Assembly: GCA_029820565.1 (NCBI GenBank)
Contig: JALGUR010000003.1
Coordinates: 67,304-131,303, forward strand
Length of the DNA stretch: 64,000 nt
Direction of reading: 5' to 3'
From: Candidatus Zipacnadia bacterium
GTDB taxonomy: Bacteria; Armatimonadota; Zipacnadia; Zipacnadales; Zipacnadaceae
The position numbers and the translations under genes are program-made. How positions within the stretch are numbered: position 1 is the stretch's first letter; each line of letters begins with the position of its first letter. Positions 26,871 through 34,748 of this stretch are shown one piece after another. The notes beneath the pieces are model-generated. The model was not told the origin of the DNA. It did not search any database and worked only from the letters and a program-made list of their open reading frames with translations.

Positions 26871-28127
26871 CTATTCACTCAGAATTATCTTGGCAAACCG
26901 GCGCTTGCCGACTCGCAGGATATCGCCAGTGTTGACTGCGACCTGCGCGGTTTCGTCAGTCAATATCTCACCGTTAATACTTACCGCGCCGTCGCGGATA
27001 AGGCGGCGTGCTTGAGAGTTACTCTCGGCGAAACCGACCGTGACTATTAGTTTGACTAACCAGATCTTCCCCTCAGAGAAATCGTCAGGCGCTAAAGATA
27101 ACTCGGGTATCTCTGACGGCAACTGCTGCTCGGCGAAAACGCGGTCAAACTCGGCCCGCGCCGCAGCGGCGGCCCCTGCGGAGTGGTAGATGGTCACCAC
27201 CGCCTCGGCCAGATCGGCCTTGACCTGGCGGGGATGCAGTTCGCCAGCCGCCGTTGCCTGCTGCATTTGGGCGACCTCGGCCGAAGTCTTATCCAGGAGC
27301 AATTCGTGATACTGGGACATAAGTTCGTCCGGAATGGACATCAATTTGCCGAACATCTCACCCGGCGGCTCGGTGATGCCTATGTAGTTGCCCAGCGACT
27401 TGCTCATCTTCTGGTGGCCGTCAGTGCCCACTAACAGCGGCCAGGTCAGCACCACCTGCGGCGTCATCCCGTAGGCACGCATAATATCCCGCCCTACCAG
27501 CAGGTTAAAGAGCTGGTCACTGCCGCCAATCTCCACATCGGCCTGGACCGCCACCGAGTCGTAGGCCTGAATGAACGGGTAAAGCATCTCCAGTATGGAG
27601 ATGGGAATACCGTCATCTATGCGCAGCGTAAAGTCGTCCCGCTCTAACATCCGCGCTACTGTGTAGTGAGAAGCCAGGGAGAGCAAATCGGCGGCGTTCA
27701 TTTCGGCGAACCACTGGCTGTTGTAGACAATTTCGGCCTGCTCTACATCCAAGATTTTGCCGACCTGCGCGACGTAGGTGGCGGCATTATGCTTGATTTC
27801 CTCTTCACTGAGAATAGGGCGCGTCTTAGTGCGGCCGGAAGGGTCGCCAATGCGCCCGGTGTAGTCGCCTATGATGAATACCACCTGATGGCCCAATTCC
27901 TGGAATTGCTTCAACCGGCGCAACGGGACGCTGTGGCCCAGGTGTAAATCGGGGGCGCTGGGGTCGGCACCGTACTTTATGCGCAGGGGCCGGCCCTCGT
28001 TCAGTTTCGCCAGAAGTTCCTCGCGCACCACCACATTGGTGGCACCTTTGATTAGTATCTGTAGTTGTTCTTCCGGGGTCATTGTCAATTTGTCGCGCAC
28101 CACCTCTGATTTCACCAGGCGCAGCAC
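26871..28127 (-). CDS. tyrS: Tyrosine--tRNA ligase with C-terminal S4 domain
   Basis: HLGH and KMSKS motifs. The start is either GTG 28127 (SD AAGAGGAA) or ATG 28082. Confidence 0.93.
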   Translation of the reverse strand: MLRLVKSEVVRDKLTMTPEEQLQILIKGATNVVVREELLAKLNEGRPLRIKYGADPSAPDLHLGHSVPLRRLKQFQELGHQVVFIIGDYTGRIGDPSGRTKTRPILSEEEIKHNAATYVAQVGKILDVEQAEIVYNSQWFAEMNAADLLSLASHYTVARMLERDDFTLRIDDGIPISILEMLYPFIQAYDSVAVQADVEIGGSDQLFNLLVGRDIMRAYGMTPQVVLTWPLLVGTDGHQKMSKSLGNYIGITEPPGEMFGKLMSIPDELMSQYHELLLDKTSAEVAQMQQATAAGELHPRQVKADLAEAVVTIYHSAGAAAAARAEFDRVFAEQQLPSEIPELSLAPDDFSEGKIWLVKLIVTVGFAESNSQARRLIRDGAVSINGEILTDETAQVAVNTGDILRVGKRRFAKIILSE

Positions 28128-28132
28128 ACCGA

Positions 28133-28663
28133 CTATTCCTCTTTCAGGAAATTATATGTCCTTTTGCCTTTTTTCAATAGCCTAAACAATCCGCCATTTG
28201 TCAGCCGCGATACTATCTTATTTTCCTTCAGATGGTGGTCAGTGAAGGATAGGATTCCATCAGGCTTTAATACTCGATGTAACTCTTGTAGTACTCCATT
28301 CGGGTCACCTAAGTCGTGGAGTATATCGTATAATAAGGCTACATCTACGGCATTATCTGGCAATCCAGTTTTGCAATCAGAGCAAATGGTCTCCACATTG
28401 GTCAGTTGCTTTCTGGAAGCGATGCGCTGCACCATCTCGATGGCCAGTGGATGGATGTCCAGGGCATAGATTTTCCCTGACTCGCCCACCAATTCTGCCA
28501 GGGGGATGATATAAGTGCCGGGGCCGCAGCCATAGTCCAGCACATGAAACCCCGCCTCTATCCCTGCCTCTTGCAATATATTCATGCGAGGTAAGAAAAA
28601 GTCGCGAAACCTATAGCACAAAGACATAAGCCTAAAATGAAGATTGGGTTCAGGTTTATCCAT
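28133..28663 (-). CDS. Class I SAM-dependent methyltransferase
   Basis: VLDYGCGPGTY motif I. 176 aa. Confidence 0.85.
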   Translation of the reverse strand: MDKPEPNLHFRLMSLCYRFRDFFLPRMNILQEAGIEAGFHVLDYGCGPGTYIIPLAELVGESGKIYALDIHPLAIEMVQRIASRKQLTNVETICSDCKTGLPDNAVDVALLYDILHDLGDPNGVLQELHRVLKPDGILSFTDHHLKENKIVSRLTNGGLFRLLKKGKRTYNFLKEE

Positions 28664-28712
28664 GCTATGCTCCAGCCCTGTGCGCTATTTCCTTGTGGCT
28701 CTATATCTCCAC

Positions 28713-28741
28713 ATCATAACTGGGGACATTACACCTGTCAA
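28713..28741 (-). promoter_or_regulatory. Sigma70 promoter of the methyltransferase-tyrS-ald operon
   Basis: Minus strand: TTGACA (28741-28736), 17 nt, TATGAT (28718-28713). Confidence 0.6.
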
Positions 28742-29005
28742 AGTCTTATTCCACTGGGCGGAGTACGAGATGCACTAAACTTGGTGCGGAGCTGTATGAG
28801 TTTAGGGGCGTCATTACTCCTCACGTCGGCATGTAGGAACACGGGAAGGGATAACCGAGCCTGTCCCACTGGTAGCATTGGTGGGATTAGCGGCACCCCA
28901 ACCTGGGTAGGACAGGCGTCTCGTTTATGGTGAGCTTGTCGAACTGCCTGTCTGCCAACGCGACGGACGGGACGCCCGTCGTACCGCGCCCAATCGGCCG
29001 AACGA

Positions 29006-29791
29006 CTACTCTGCCGCTATGGCTGTGGCAGTAATGGTAATCTTGATCTTCCGGCCACAGTCGGGGCAGGTGATAATGAAACTGAAACTGCCCTCACCAA
29101 TTGTGGCCGGTTCGCCGGCCACCGTAACCGGGGGTATAGTGATGTGCACTTCCTCGGCGGGTGGCGTAACGACCTCAGCAGGGGCCTCAGGCGGCGCTTC
29201 AGCGGGAGCCTCAGCCGGGACCTCGGCGGGAGGGGCCTCCACTGGCTCAGGTGGCAGGGGAATAATCTCAACTGCCTCGGTGGGAGGTACTTCCTCACCG
29301 ATGACTATCTGGGCAATAAGATTATCGGCTGAGAAGTCAGCCCCGGCCAGGGGGAAAGCATGTATGGACGGTCCGCCTTCAATGCTGACCTCACTGGCGT
29401 GTAGCAGCCAGGTAGGTTGGCCGACTATGGTCTCCCCCGCCTGGGTAGTGACGGTGAGCTGCTGAATCTTCCACTGCGGCTGCTCCTCGGTGCCTTCATT
29501 GGCCCAGGTGGCCTCCACCGAGGCCAGGTCAGCGGCGGCGACACTATGCTCGGTGTCGTCTATCTGGATGGTGAAGGCGCCGCCGTCAGGCAGCAGTGTA
29601 CCGATGCCCGCGCCCGGGACTACGCCCAATTCCGCAATCCGGATTAGCCCACTGAGGGCCTGGCCGCTGCGCAGGTACACCGTACCCATAAGCCGCAGGG
29701 CTTCCTCCTCGGTCTGGGCACAGACACTGACCGCCACGCCCACCAGCAACACCACCAGCATCACTACAGTCGTCTTTCTCATAACTCTCAC
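29006..29791 (-). CDS. Secreted hypothetical protein with P/E/A-rich linker and C-terminal CPDC motif
   Basis: Signal peptide MRKTTVVMLVVLLVGVAVSVCA. PEA repeats. No family recognised. Confidence 0.55.
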   Translation of the reverse strand: MRVMRKTTVVMLVVLLVGVAVSVCAQTEEEALRLMGTVYLRSGQALSGLIRIAELGVVPGAGIGTLLPDGGAFTIQIDDTEHSVAAADLASVEATWANEGTEEQPQWKIQQLTVTTQAGETIVGQPTWLLHASEVSIEGGPSIHAFPLAGADFSADNLIAQIVIGEEVPPTEAVEIIPLPPEPVEAPPAEVPAEAPAEAPPEAPAEVVTPPAEEVHITIPPVTVAGEPATIGEGSFSFIITCPDCGRKIKITITATAIAAE

Positions 29792-29823
29792 CTTCCTTAT
29801 AAAGTCAGTTTGATGTGTAGTGG

Positions 29824-30834
29824 CTAAACCAATTTACCGCGGCGCATACGCAGCATTTCCACAAAGGCTTCCACGCGCAGTTTGTTGCGGCCGTCCAAGG
29901 GCGCGGGGCGGTCGCCCTCCAGGCTCAGTACCGGGCAGCTAATTCGCGGCTTTATCAATAAGTCCTCTATCTGCCGGAAGCAGAATGTCTGAGTGTAGTG
30001 AATTACGCCGTCCAAACGGCGCAATTGCACCTGCCGATTTACATCAGTAATGCGCCCGAAGACATCGTACGGATAAGTGTAGCGCTGATATTGGGTTACC
30101 AGGTCTTCGTCCAGTCCATCTATCATGGTAAACTGACGCTGGGTTTCGTTGAATACCACCTGCGCGCCCAGGCTTGCGGTGAACTCATACAGGTCGGTTA
30201 TTATGGGCGGCACGCCCATAAAGCCTAACCTCAGTGGTGGATTTGCCGCGGGCCGCCGCGCGGCCTCTTCGTAAAACTGCTTGGCCTCCTTATAGAACGA
30301 TTCTACCTCACCGTTGAAGTCACTGCAACAGACCTGATAGTAATGGTTCTCGGCTCCGGCAACTTTTCCCTCCTTCCAGGTCAACTCGTCAATCTTAGCG
30401 CACAGTTGGCGGACGGGCCGCAGTTCCTCGCGAGTCTGCTCGACTTGCTCCCAATTCACGCCAAAGTAGTCCATAAAGCGCTGAATCTGCGCTTGAAGCA
30501 GTTGCCGGTCGCGATCGTAAGGATAGGCAAAGGGGATAATGTCCACGCCGGCGGCCTGTAAGGTCTCCATCAGGGCATGGGTCTGGCTGCAATCGCCCTG
30601 AGTTACGGCTACCACCTGCTTAATGCCTCGGCGCAGCGCTACCGCGTATATCCCCTTAATCCAGCCACAGGCGTTGCGGGGATAGCCATCAAGTTCCGCC
30701 TGGGCGACCAGAGACTCGGGCTCGGGGTCGGTAATGAAGACGTTGTTCAGGTCAACCGGTGTCGCGCCGGCTGCCAGGAGTACCTCCACCGGAATTGTCG
30801 TCGTCAGACCTACTTCAGACATCTTGGGGCTCAC
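29824..30834 (-). CDS. 2-hydroxyacyl-CoA dehydratase / benzoyl-CoA reductase (HgdB/BcrC-like) family protein, single short subunit
   Basis: N-terminus GLTTTIPVEVLLAAGATPVDL and the overall pattern are typical of the HGD-D family (from memory). The start GTG 30834 overlaps the radical-SAM gene stop (GTGA); ATG 30822 is an alternative. Confidence 0.78.
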   Translation of the reverse strand: MSPKMSEVGLTTTIPVEVLLAAGATPVDLNNVFITDPEPESLVAQAELDGYPRNACGWIKGIYAVALRRGIKQVVAVTQGDCSQTHALMETLQAAGVDIIPFAYPYDRDRQLLQAQIQRFMDYFGVNWEQVEQTREELRPVRQLCAKIDELTWKEGKVAGAENHYYQVCCSDFNGEVESFYKEAKQFYEEAARRPAANPPLRLGFMGVPPIITDLYEFTASLGAQVVFNETQRQFTMIDGLDEDLVTQYQRYTYPYDVFGRITDVNRQVQLRRLDGVIHYTQTFCFRQIEDLLIKPRISCPVLSLEGDRPAPLDGRNKLRVEAFVEMLRMRRGKLV

Positions 30835-31649
30835 TTAACCTGCAATATTCGGTGGCACTGCGGAATTATGCGCACATCGTCTAATAATTCGCTGCACAAC
30901 TGCTGCCACTGCAATAGCGTCGCGGAGTCGGGCGGCCGGCAGTCGCCAACTGGTGTGACCGGCTGCAGCACGACCAGTGTGTCTCTGTCTACCTGAGTGA
31001 TAATGCGGCAAGCCTCCAACAATTCCTTCGTAGTCACACTATCGGTGAGTACAATCTTCACAAAACAGTTGGTCTGCTGGGCAACTTGCAGGAATTCACC
31101 AAACACCACGGCTGGCACTGGCTCAACCATAGTAGAAGGCAACTTGAAATCCATCGCCACCCAGTCAATGTTATTTATAACCGCGTTGAGCGCTTGAGCC
31201 AAATGTCCGGCGGTCTCCAGATAGACCTTATGACCTGCCTGATGCAGACGCTCAGACAGGGCGGCTACGAAGTCTGGATAAAGCAGCGGCTCACCGCCGG
31301 TCAGGCTGATGGAATGACAAGTCTCGCCGCGTGTAGTGACCAATTCTTCTACCAATCCCCGCAGAGCTTCCACACTGAGCGGATTATCGCATCGGGTGAA
31401 TTCTTCGCTCCCAGGGACTTGCTGAACGTGGCACGGCCCGCAAACGGCGCGTGCCGCCGGTGTGTCGCAATACCGGCAGGTCAAGTCGCAGCCGCGGAAT
31501 CTGATGAAGACCTGGCACACCCCCAGCAGCGGCCCTTCCCCCTGAACGGAGCAAAAGACTTCGTAGATGGGTGCCGTCAGCCGCGCCACTCTACGGCACT
31601 CCCCTGACCTTGTGGCAGGCCGCCTCACAGGATTCCATCTCCGCGACAT
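30831..31649 (-). CDS. QueE-like radical SAM protein
   Basis: YEVFCSVQGEG and FIRFRGCDLTCRYCDTP (CxxxCxxC) motifs. The likely true start is GTG 31589, which has GGGGAG 9 nt upstream and lies 1 nt after the upstream stop. Confidence 0.85.
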   Translation of the reverse strand: MSRRWNPVRRPATRSGECRRVARLTAPIYEVFCSVQGEGPLLGVCQVFIRFRGCDLTCRYCDTPAARAVCGPCHVQQVPGSEEFTRCDNPLSVEALRGLVEELVTTRGETCHSISLTGGEPLLYPDFVAALSERLHQAGHKVYLETAGHLAQALNAVINNIDWVAMDFKLPSTMVEPVPAVVFGEFLQVAQQTNCFVKIVLTDSVTTKELLEACRIITQVDRDTLVVLQPVTPVGDCRPPDSATLLQWQQLCSELLDDVRIIPQCHRILQVK

Positions 31650-32148
31650 AGGCTGCCATTATCTCGGGTGCTATCTCTTCAGGGACTATTCCCAACTCGT
31701 CGAGCCCGATGGCGGGCACGGGGGCATCAGTGGGGTCAATATTCAAGGCAAAATGAATAAGCGTAGAGACTGGCGAAGCCGTAGCAATTGATACCGAGAG
31801 TTTGCGGTCTTCAACAAATAGATCATCACCACTGCGGCGCAGGGGTAAGTCAGGCTGGCGGTCGCGCAGTATCTCGCCGGTCAGGCAAATCAGCAGCCGC
31901 TGGCGCAAGATAGCCTGCGGGAGGCGGTCATCAAAATGCTCGGCAATGAAGTGTAGCATCAACGCGGCACGAATGCCTACTCCTCGCTGCACATCCTCCT
32001 GGTCAACCATATTTTCCAGCGCGACGCGGCAAGGCCCGATGAAACCGACGATGGCGTGACCGTCCAGGCCTATGGTCTGGGCAATCCAACCGGAGCGCAG
32101 TTCCTTGCCGGTGTAGGGTATCTGGTTTTCGGCCATTTGCCAGTGCAT
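31591..32148 (-). CDS. DUF366-like protein
   Basis: ORF 31591..32262. The N-terminal 38 codons overlap REP hairpins, so ATG 32148 is preferred. The pattern YTGKELRSGWI...MLHFIAEHF...GDDLFV...KLSVSIAT...IHFALN matches my memory of DUF366. Confidence 0.62.
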   Translation of the reverse strand: MHWQMAENQIPYTGKELRSGWIAQTIGLDGHAIVGFIGPCRVALENMVDQEDVQRGVGIRAALMLHFIAEHFDDRLPQAILRQRLLICLTGEILRDRQPDLPLRRSGDDLFVEDRKLSVSIATASPVSTLIHFALNIDPTDAPVPAIGLDELGIVPEEIAPEIMAAYVAEMESCEAACHKVRGVP

Positions 32149-32282
32149 GTCTCGGCAATCACGCACCCTCCTGTAGGAGGGCCATCCCTGGCCCGAGAGC
32201 GGTCCCGCCTTCGCTGTGAAAGGAGCTTCGGCGGGCAAGCGCGGCAAGGATGCCGCTCCCACAGCAGGAGAAGGAATGGGTC

Positions 32283-32332
32283 GGGGTACCCTTGCACAAG
32301 CTCAGGACAGGCAGGATGCTCCTCCCACAGCG
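32283..32332. repeat. REP-like element, same family as 4223..4273
   Basis: GGGGTACCCTTGCACAAGCTCAGGACAGGCAGGATGCTCCTCCCACAGCG. Further related hairpins lie at 32164-32195 and 32241-32268. Confidence 0.6.
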
Positions 32333-32358
32333 TAAGTTAATGCGTCATGCAAAGCGGG

Positions 32359-33798
32359 TTAGTTGATGACCTGGAGTTTCATCATATTGGTGGTGCCGGG
32401 AGTGCCGATGGGTGTGCCGGCAGTGATGACGATGACATCTCCGGACTTGACCAGTTCATTGTCCTTGGCCTGGCGCGTCACGTTGGCAATCATCTCGTCG
32501 GTGTTCTGGGCTGGCGGTATCAGCATGGGCCGTACCCCCCAGTATAAGTTGCAGCGGCGGGCGGTGGCCTCCAAGGGAGTGGCCGCGATTATGGGCACAC
32601 GGGGGCGGCACTTGGAGGCCAGGCGGGCAGTGGAGCCCGAGTGAGTGAAGGCGACGATAGCGGCAGCCCGCACGTCTTCAGCAGTCCGCGCCGCCGCCCG
32701 GCTGAGCGCATCAGCGAAGTCGAGAAACTCCTCGCCAGCCTCCGTTTTGGTGTGCAAGTGTGCCCCTTTCATCTGCTCCTGCTCGGCGGCGGCCGCAATG
32801 CGCCGCATCATCTGCACCGACTCGACGGGATATTGCCCAATGGCGGTTTCTCCCGAGAGCATTACGGCGTCAGTGCCGTCAAATATAGCATTAGCTACGT
32901 CGGAAGCCTCGGCTCGGGTGGGTCGCGGGCGTTCCCGCATTGAGTCCAACATCTGGGTAGCAGTTATGACCGGCTTGCGCAACTCGGAGCAGGTGGCGAT
33001 GATACGCTTCTGCAGAATCGGAACTTGCTCAGGCGGCAGTTCCACCCCCAAATCGCCACGGGCTACCATAACTGCATCGGCAGTCTGCACTATCTCGGCC
33101 AGTTCATCCAAAGCCTCGGGCTGTTCCAATTTGGCGATGACGGGAAGATCGCGGTCGGCGGCGCTGATTATCTGTTTTATCTCGCGTATATCTTCAGCCG
33201 ACCTGACAAAACTAAGAGCGACATAGTCAAACTCGTGGCTCAGGATGAACTCCAAATCTATCCGGTCCTTTTCAGTCAACGCCGGAGCGCTCACTAAAAC
33301 ACCGGGCAAGTTTATTCCCTTGTGCTCGCCCAATTGGCCGCCGATGATTACCGCGCAGCGCACTTGGGTGGCCGTAGTGTCTATCACCTGCAATTCGAGT
33401 AGCCCGTCATCGAGAAGAATACGGTTGCCGGCCTGGACGTCCTGGGGCAGTTGCTGGTGGGTAGTAGATACCCGCGAACTATCTCCGGGCACGGGCTGGG
33501 TGGTTATTATGAACTCTTCGCCCGGCCTCAAGGTGACCGGCTTACCACCGTGCAGCAGGCCGGTGCGAATTTTAGGCCCCTGCAGGTCCCCAATCACACC
33601 AATGTGTGTGTCATTGTCAGCGGCAAGCTTACGGAGTTTCTGGAGCCGGGCCAGATGCCGGGTGTGGTCGCCGTGGGAGAAGTTAAAGCGGGCCAGGTCC
33701 ATACCGGCCTCAATCAGCCGGCCAATAGTCTCTTCGTCTTGCGAGGCGGGGCCCAGCGTGCAGACAATTTTGGTGGGCGTCTGGGTTGTCATTACCAT
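32359..33798 (-). CDS. pyk: Pyruvate kinase
   Basis: 479 aa. TKIVCTLGPAS, MDLARFNFSHG and VARGDLGVE motifs. Confidence 0.96.
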   Translation of the reverse strand: MVMTTQTPTKIVCTLGPASQDEETIGRLIEAGMDLARFNFSHGDHTRHLARLQKLRKLAADNDTHIGVIGDLQGPKIRTGLLHGGKPVTLRPGEEFIITTQPVPGDSSRVSTTHQQLPQDVQAGNRILLDDGLLELQVIDTTATQVRCAVIIGGQLGEHKGINLPGVLVSAPALTEKDRIDLEFILSHEFDYVALSFVRSAEDIREIKQIISAADRDLPVIAKLEQPEALDELAEIVQTADAVMVARGDLGVELPPEQVPILQKRIIATCSELRKPVITATQMLDSMRERPRPTRAEASDVANAIFDGTDAVMLSGETAIGQYPVESVQMMRRIAAAAEQEQMKGAHLHTKTEAGEEFLDFADALSRAAARTAEDVRAAAIVAFTHSGSTARLASKCRPRVPIIAATPLEATARRCNLYWGVRPMLIPPAQNTDEMIANVTRQAKDNELVKSGDVIVITAGTPIGTPGTTNMMKLQVIN

Positions 33799-33879
33799 TT
33801 GTCCTGAGGGTACGGCTCGTTGTTACAGGATTAGTGGACTTCTGTGCGATAATACACAGTTCCCGTAAGTATGCAGGCG

Positions 33880-33908
33880 TTTACACCCCGGCACAGATGT
33901 GCTATAAT
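33880..33908 (+). promoter_or_regulatory. Sigma70 promoter (TTTACA-17-TATAAT)
   Basis: TTTACA at 33880-33885, 17 nt, TATAAT at 33903-33908. Lies about 90 nt upstream of ATG 33998. Confidence 0.6.
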
Positions 33909-33997
33909 CCTACTAAATTCAGATACTACTAAACATAGCGGGCCCTGTCAACTGCGAGGCTCATTCCAACCGCCCCCGGCGGCAGGAGGAAAGGTCT

Positions 33998-34636
33998 ATG
34001 ACTGAAGAGATTAGTGCTGAAGAACTGTGGGAAGAGACGCGCCACGCGCTGCAGCAGGGAGACATAAATCGGCCCCTGTGGGAAGCAGCTGCCGCGGTAC
34101 GCCCTATAACTGTGGACCAAGATACCCTGATACTGGGATTGCCACCCGCTGAGCGGCAACATGCCAGTTACCTGGAGACGGCAGTCAACAAGTCGCGTAT
34201 TCAGCAGATATTTGAGTCCCTGGTCGGCCGCCGCCTGGACCTCCGTGTCATTTCGGGCACCACGGAGCAGGATTGGGAGCGACTCAGACAAAGGGAGCAA
34301 GGCTCAATGGATGCAACTGCCGCCCGGGCACGGGCGCAGGTGACGGGTCGCGGCGCACTGAATGCCTGGCGCGAAGGGGGCCAGGAAGTTAGTGCGCTGT
34401 TGAAGGGAACTCGGGCGCGGGCCGGTAGTATGCACTTAGCCCAGTCGTTGATTAAGGCGTTGCCGCTTATTTGGCAAACCGAACAGGAGGCCCGCCAACA
34501 GGAAGCGGCGGCTGAGGATATGCATAGCCAGCAACTGGACAGCATTCTGGAGCGGGTCGCCACGTACTGTAACCTACCGGCTCCAGTAGTGGCTCTGGAA
34601 TATCTCCGATACCGTTCAGCAAAAGACAAAATGTAG
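33998..34636 (+). CDS. Hypothetical protein with DnaA-N / DnaX-C-like N-terminal pattern
   Basis: AGGAGGAAAGG SD upstream. The N-terminal ~95 aa (LWEETRHAL...PLWEAAAAVRPITVDQDTLILGLPP...IQQIFESLVGRRLDLRVI) follow the DnaA domain I-like pattern. No ATPase domain is present. Confidence 0.55.
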   Translation: MTEEISAEELWEETRHALQQGDINRPLWEAAAAVRPITVDQDTLILGLPPAERQHASYLETAVNKSRIQQIFESLVGRRLDLRVISGTTEQDWERLRQREQGSMDATAARARAQVTGRGALNAWREGGQEVSALLKGTRARAGSMHLAQSLIKALPLIWQTEQEARQQEAAAEDMHSQQLDSILERVATYCNLPAPVVALEYLRYRSAKDKM

Positions 34637-34733
34637 GGACGGATGTCCACGGGATCCTCCACCCGTAGCGGTAGAGGGCGTAAATGCAATAAAAAACAGC
34701 GGGCGGAAGGTGCTTCGCACTTCCGCCCCTACA
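34632..34733 (+). repeat. ~100-bp MITE-like element with terminal inverted repeats TGTAGGG...CCCCTACAG (copy X)
   Basis: Homologous to the reverse complement of 51832..51928. The right hairpin GGCGGAAGGTGCTTCGCACTTCCGCC is nearly identical between copies. Confidence 0.7.
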
Positions 34734-34748
34734 GACGGCGCAGCAAAC

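Noticed and set aside
28128-28140. Looked for a T-box leader upstream of tyrS.
   Set aside because: tyrS starts 5 nt after the upstream methyltransferase gene, so there is no leader space. The operon promoter lies at 28713-28741.
29017-29465. Alternative-frame ORFs (29017..29298, 29019..29465, 29144..29332) within the P/E/A-rich secreted protein gene.
   Set aside because: They are generated by the repetitive GC-rich PEA-coding region. Only the frame with a signal peptide and start context is plausible.
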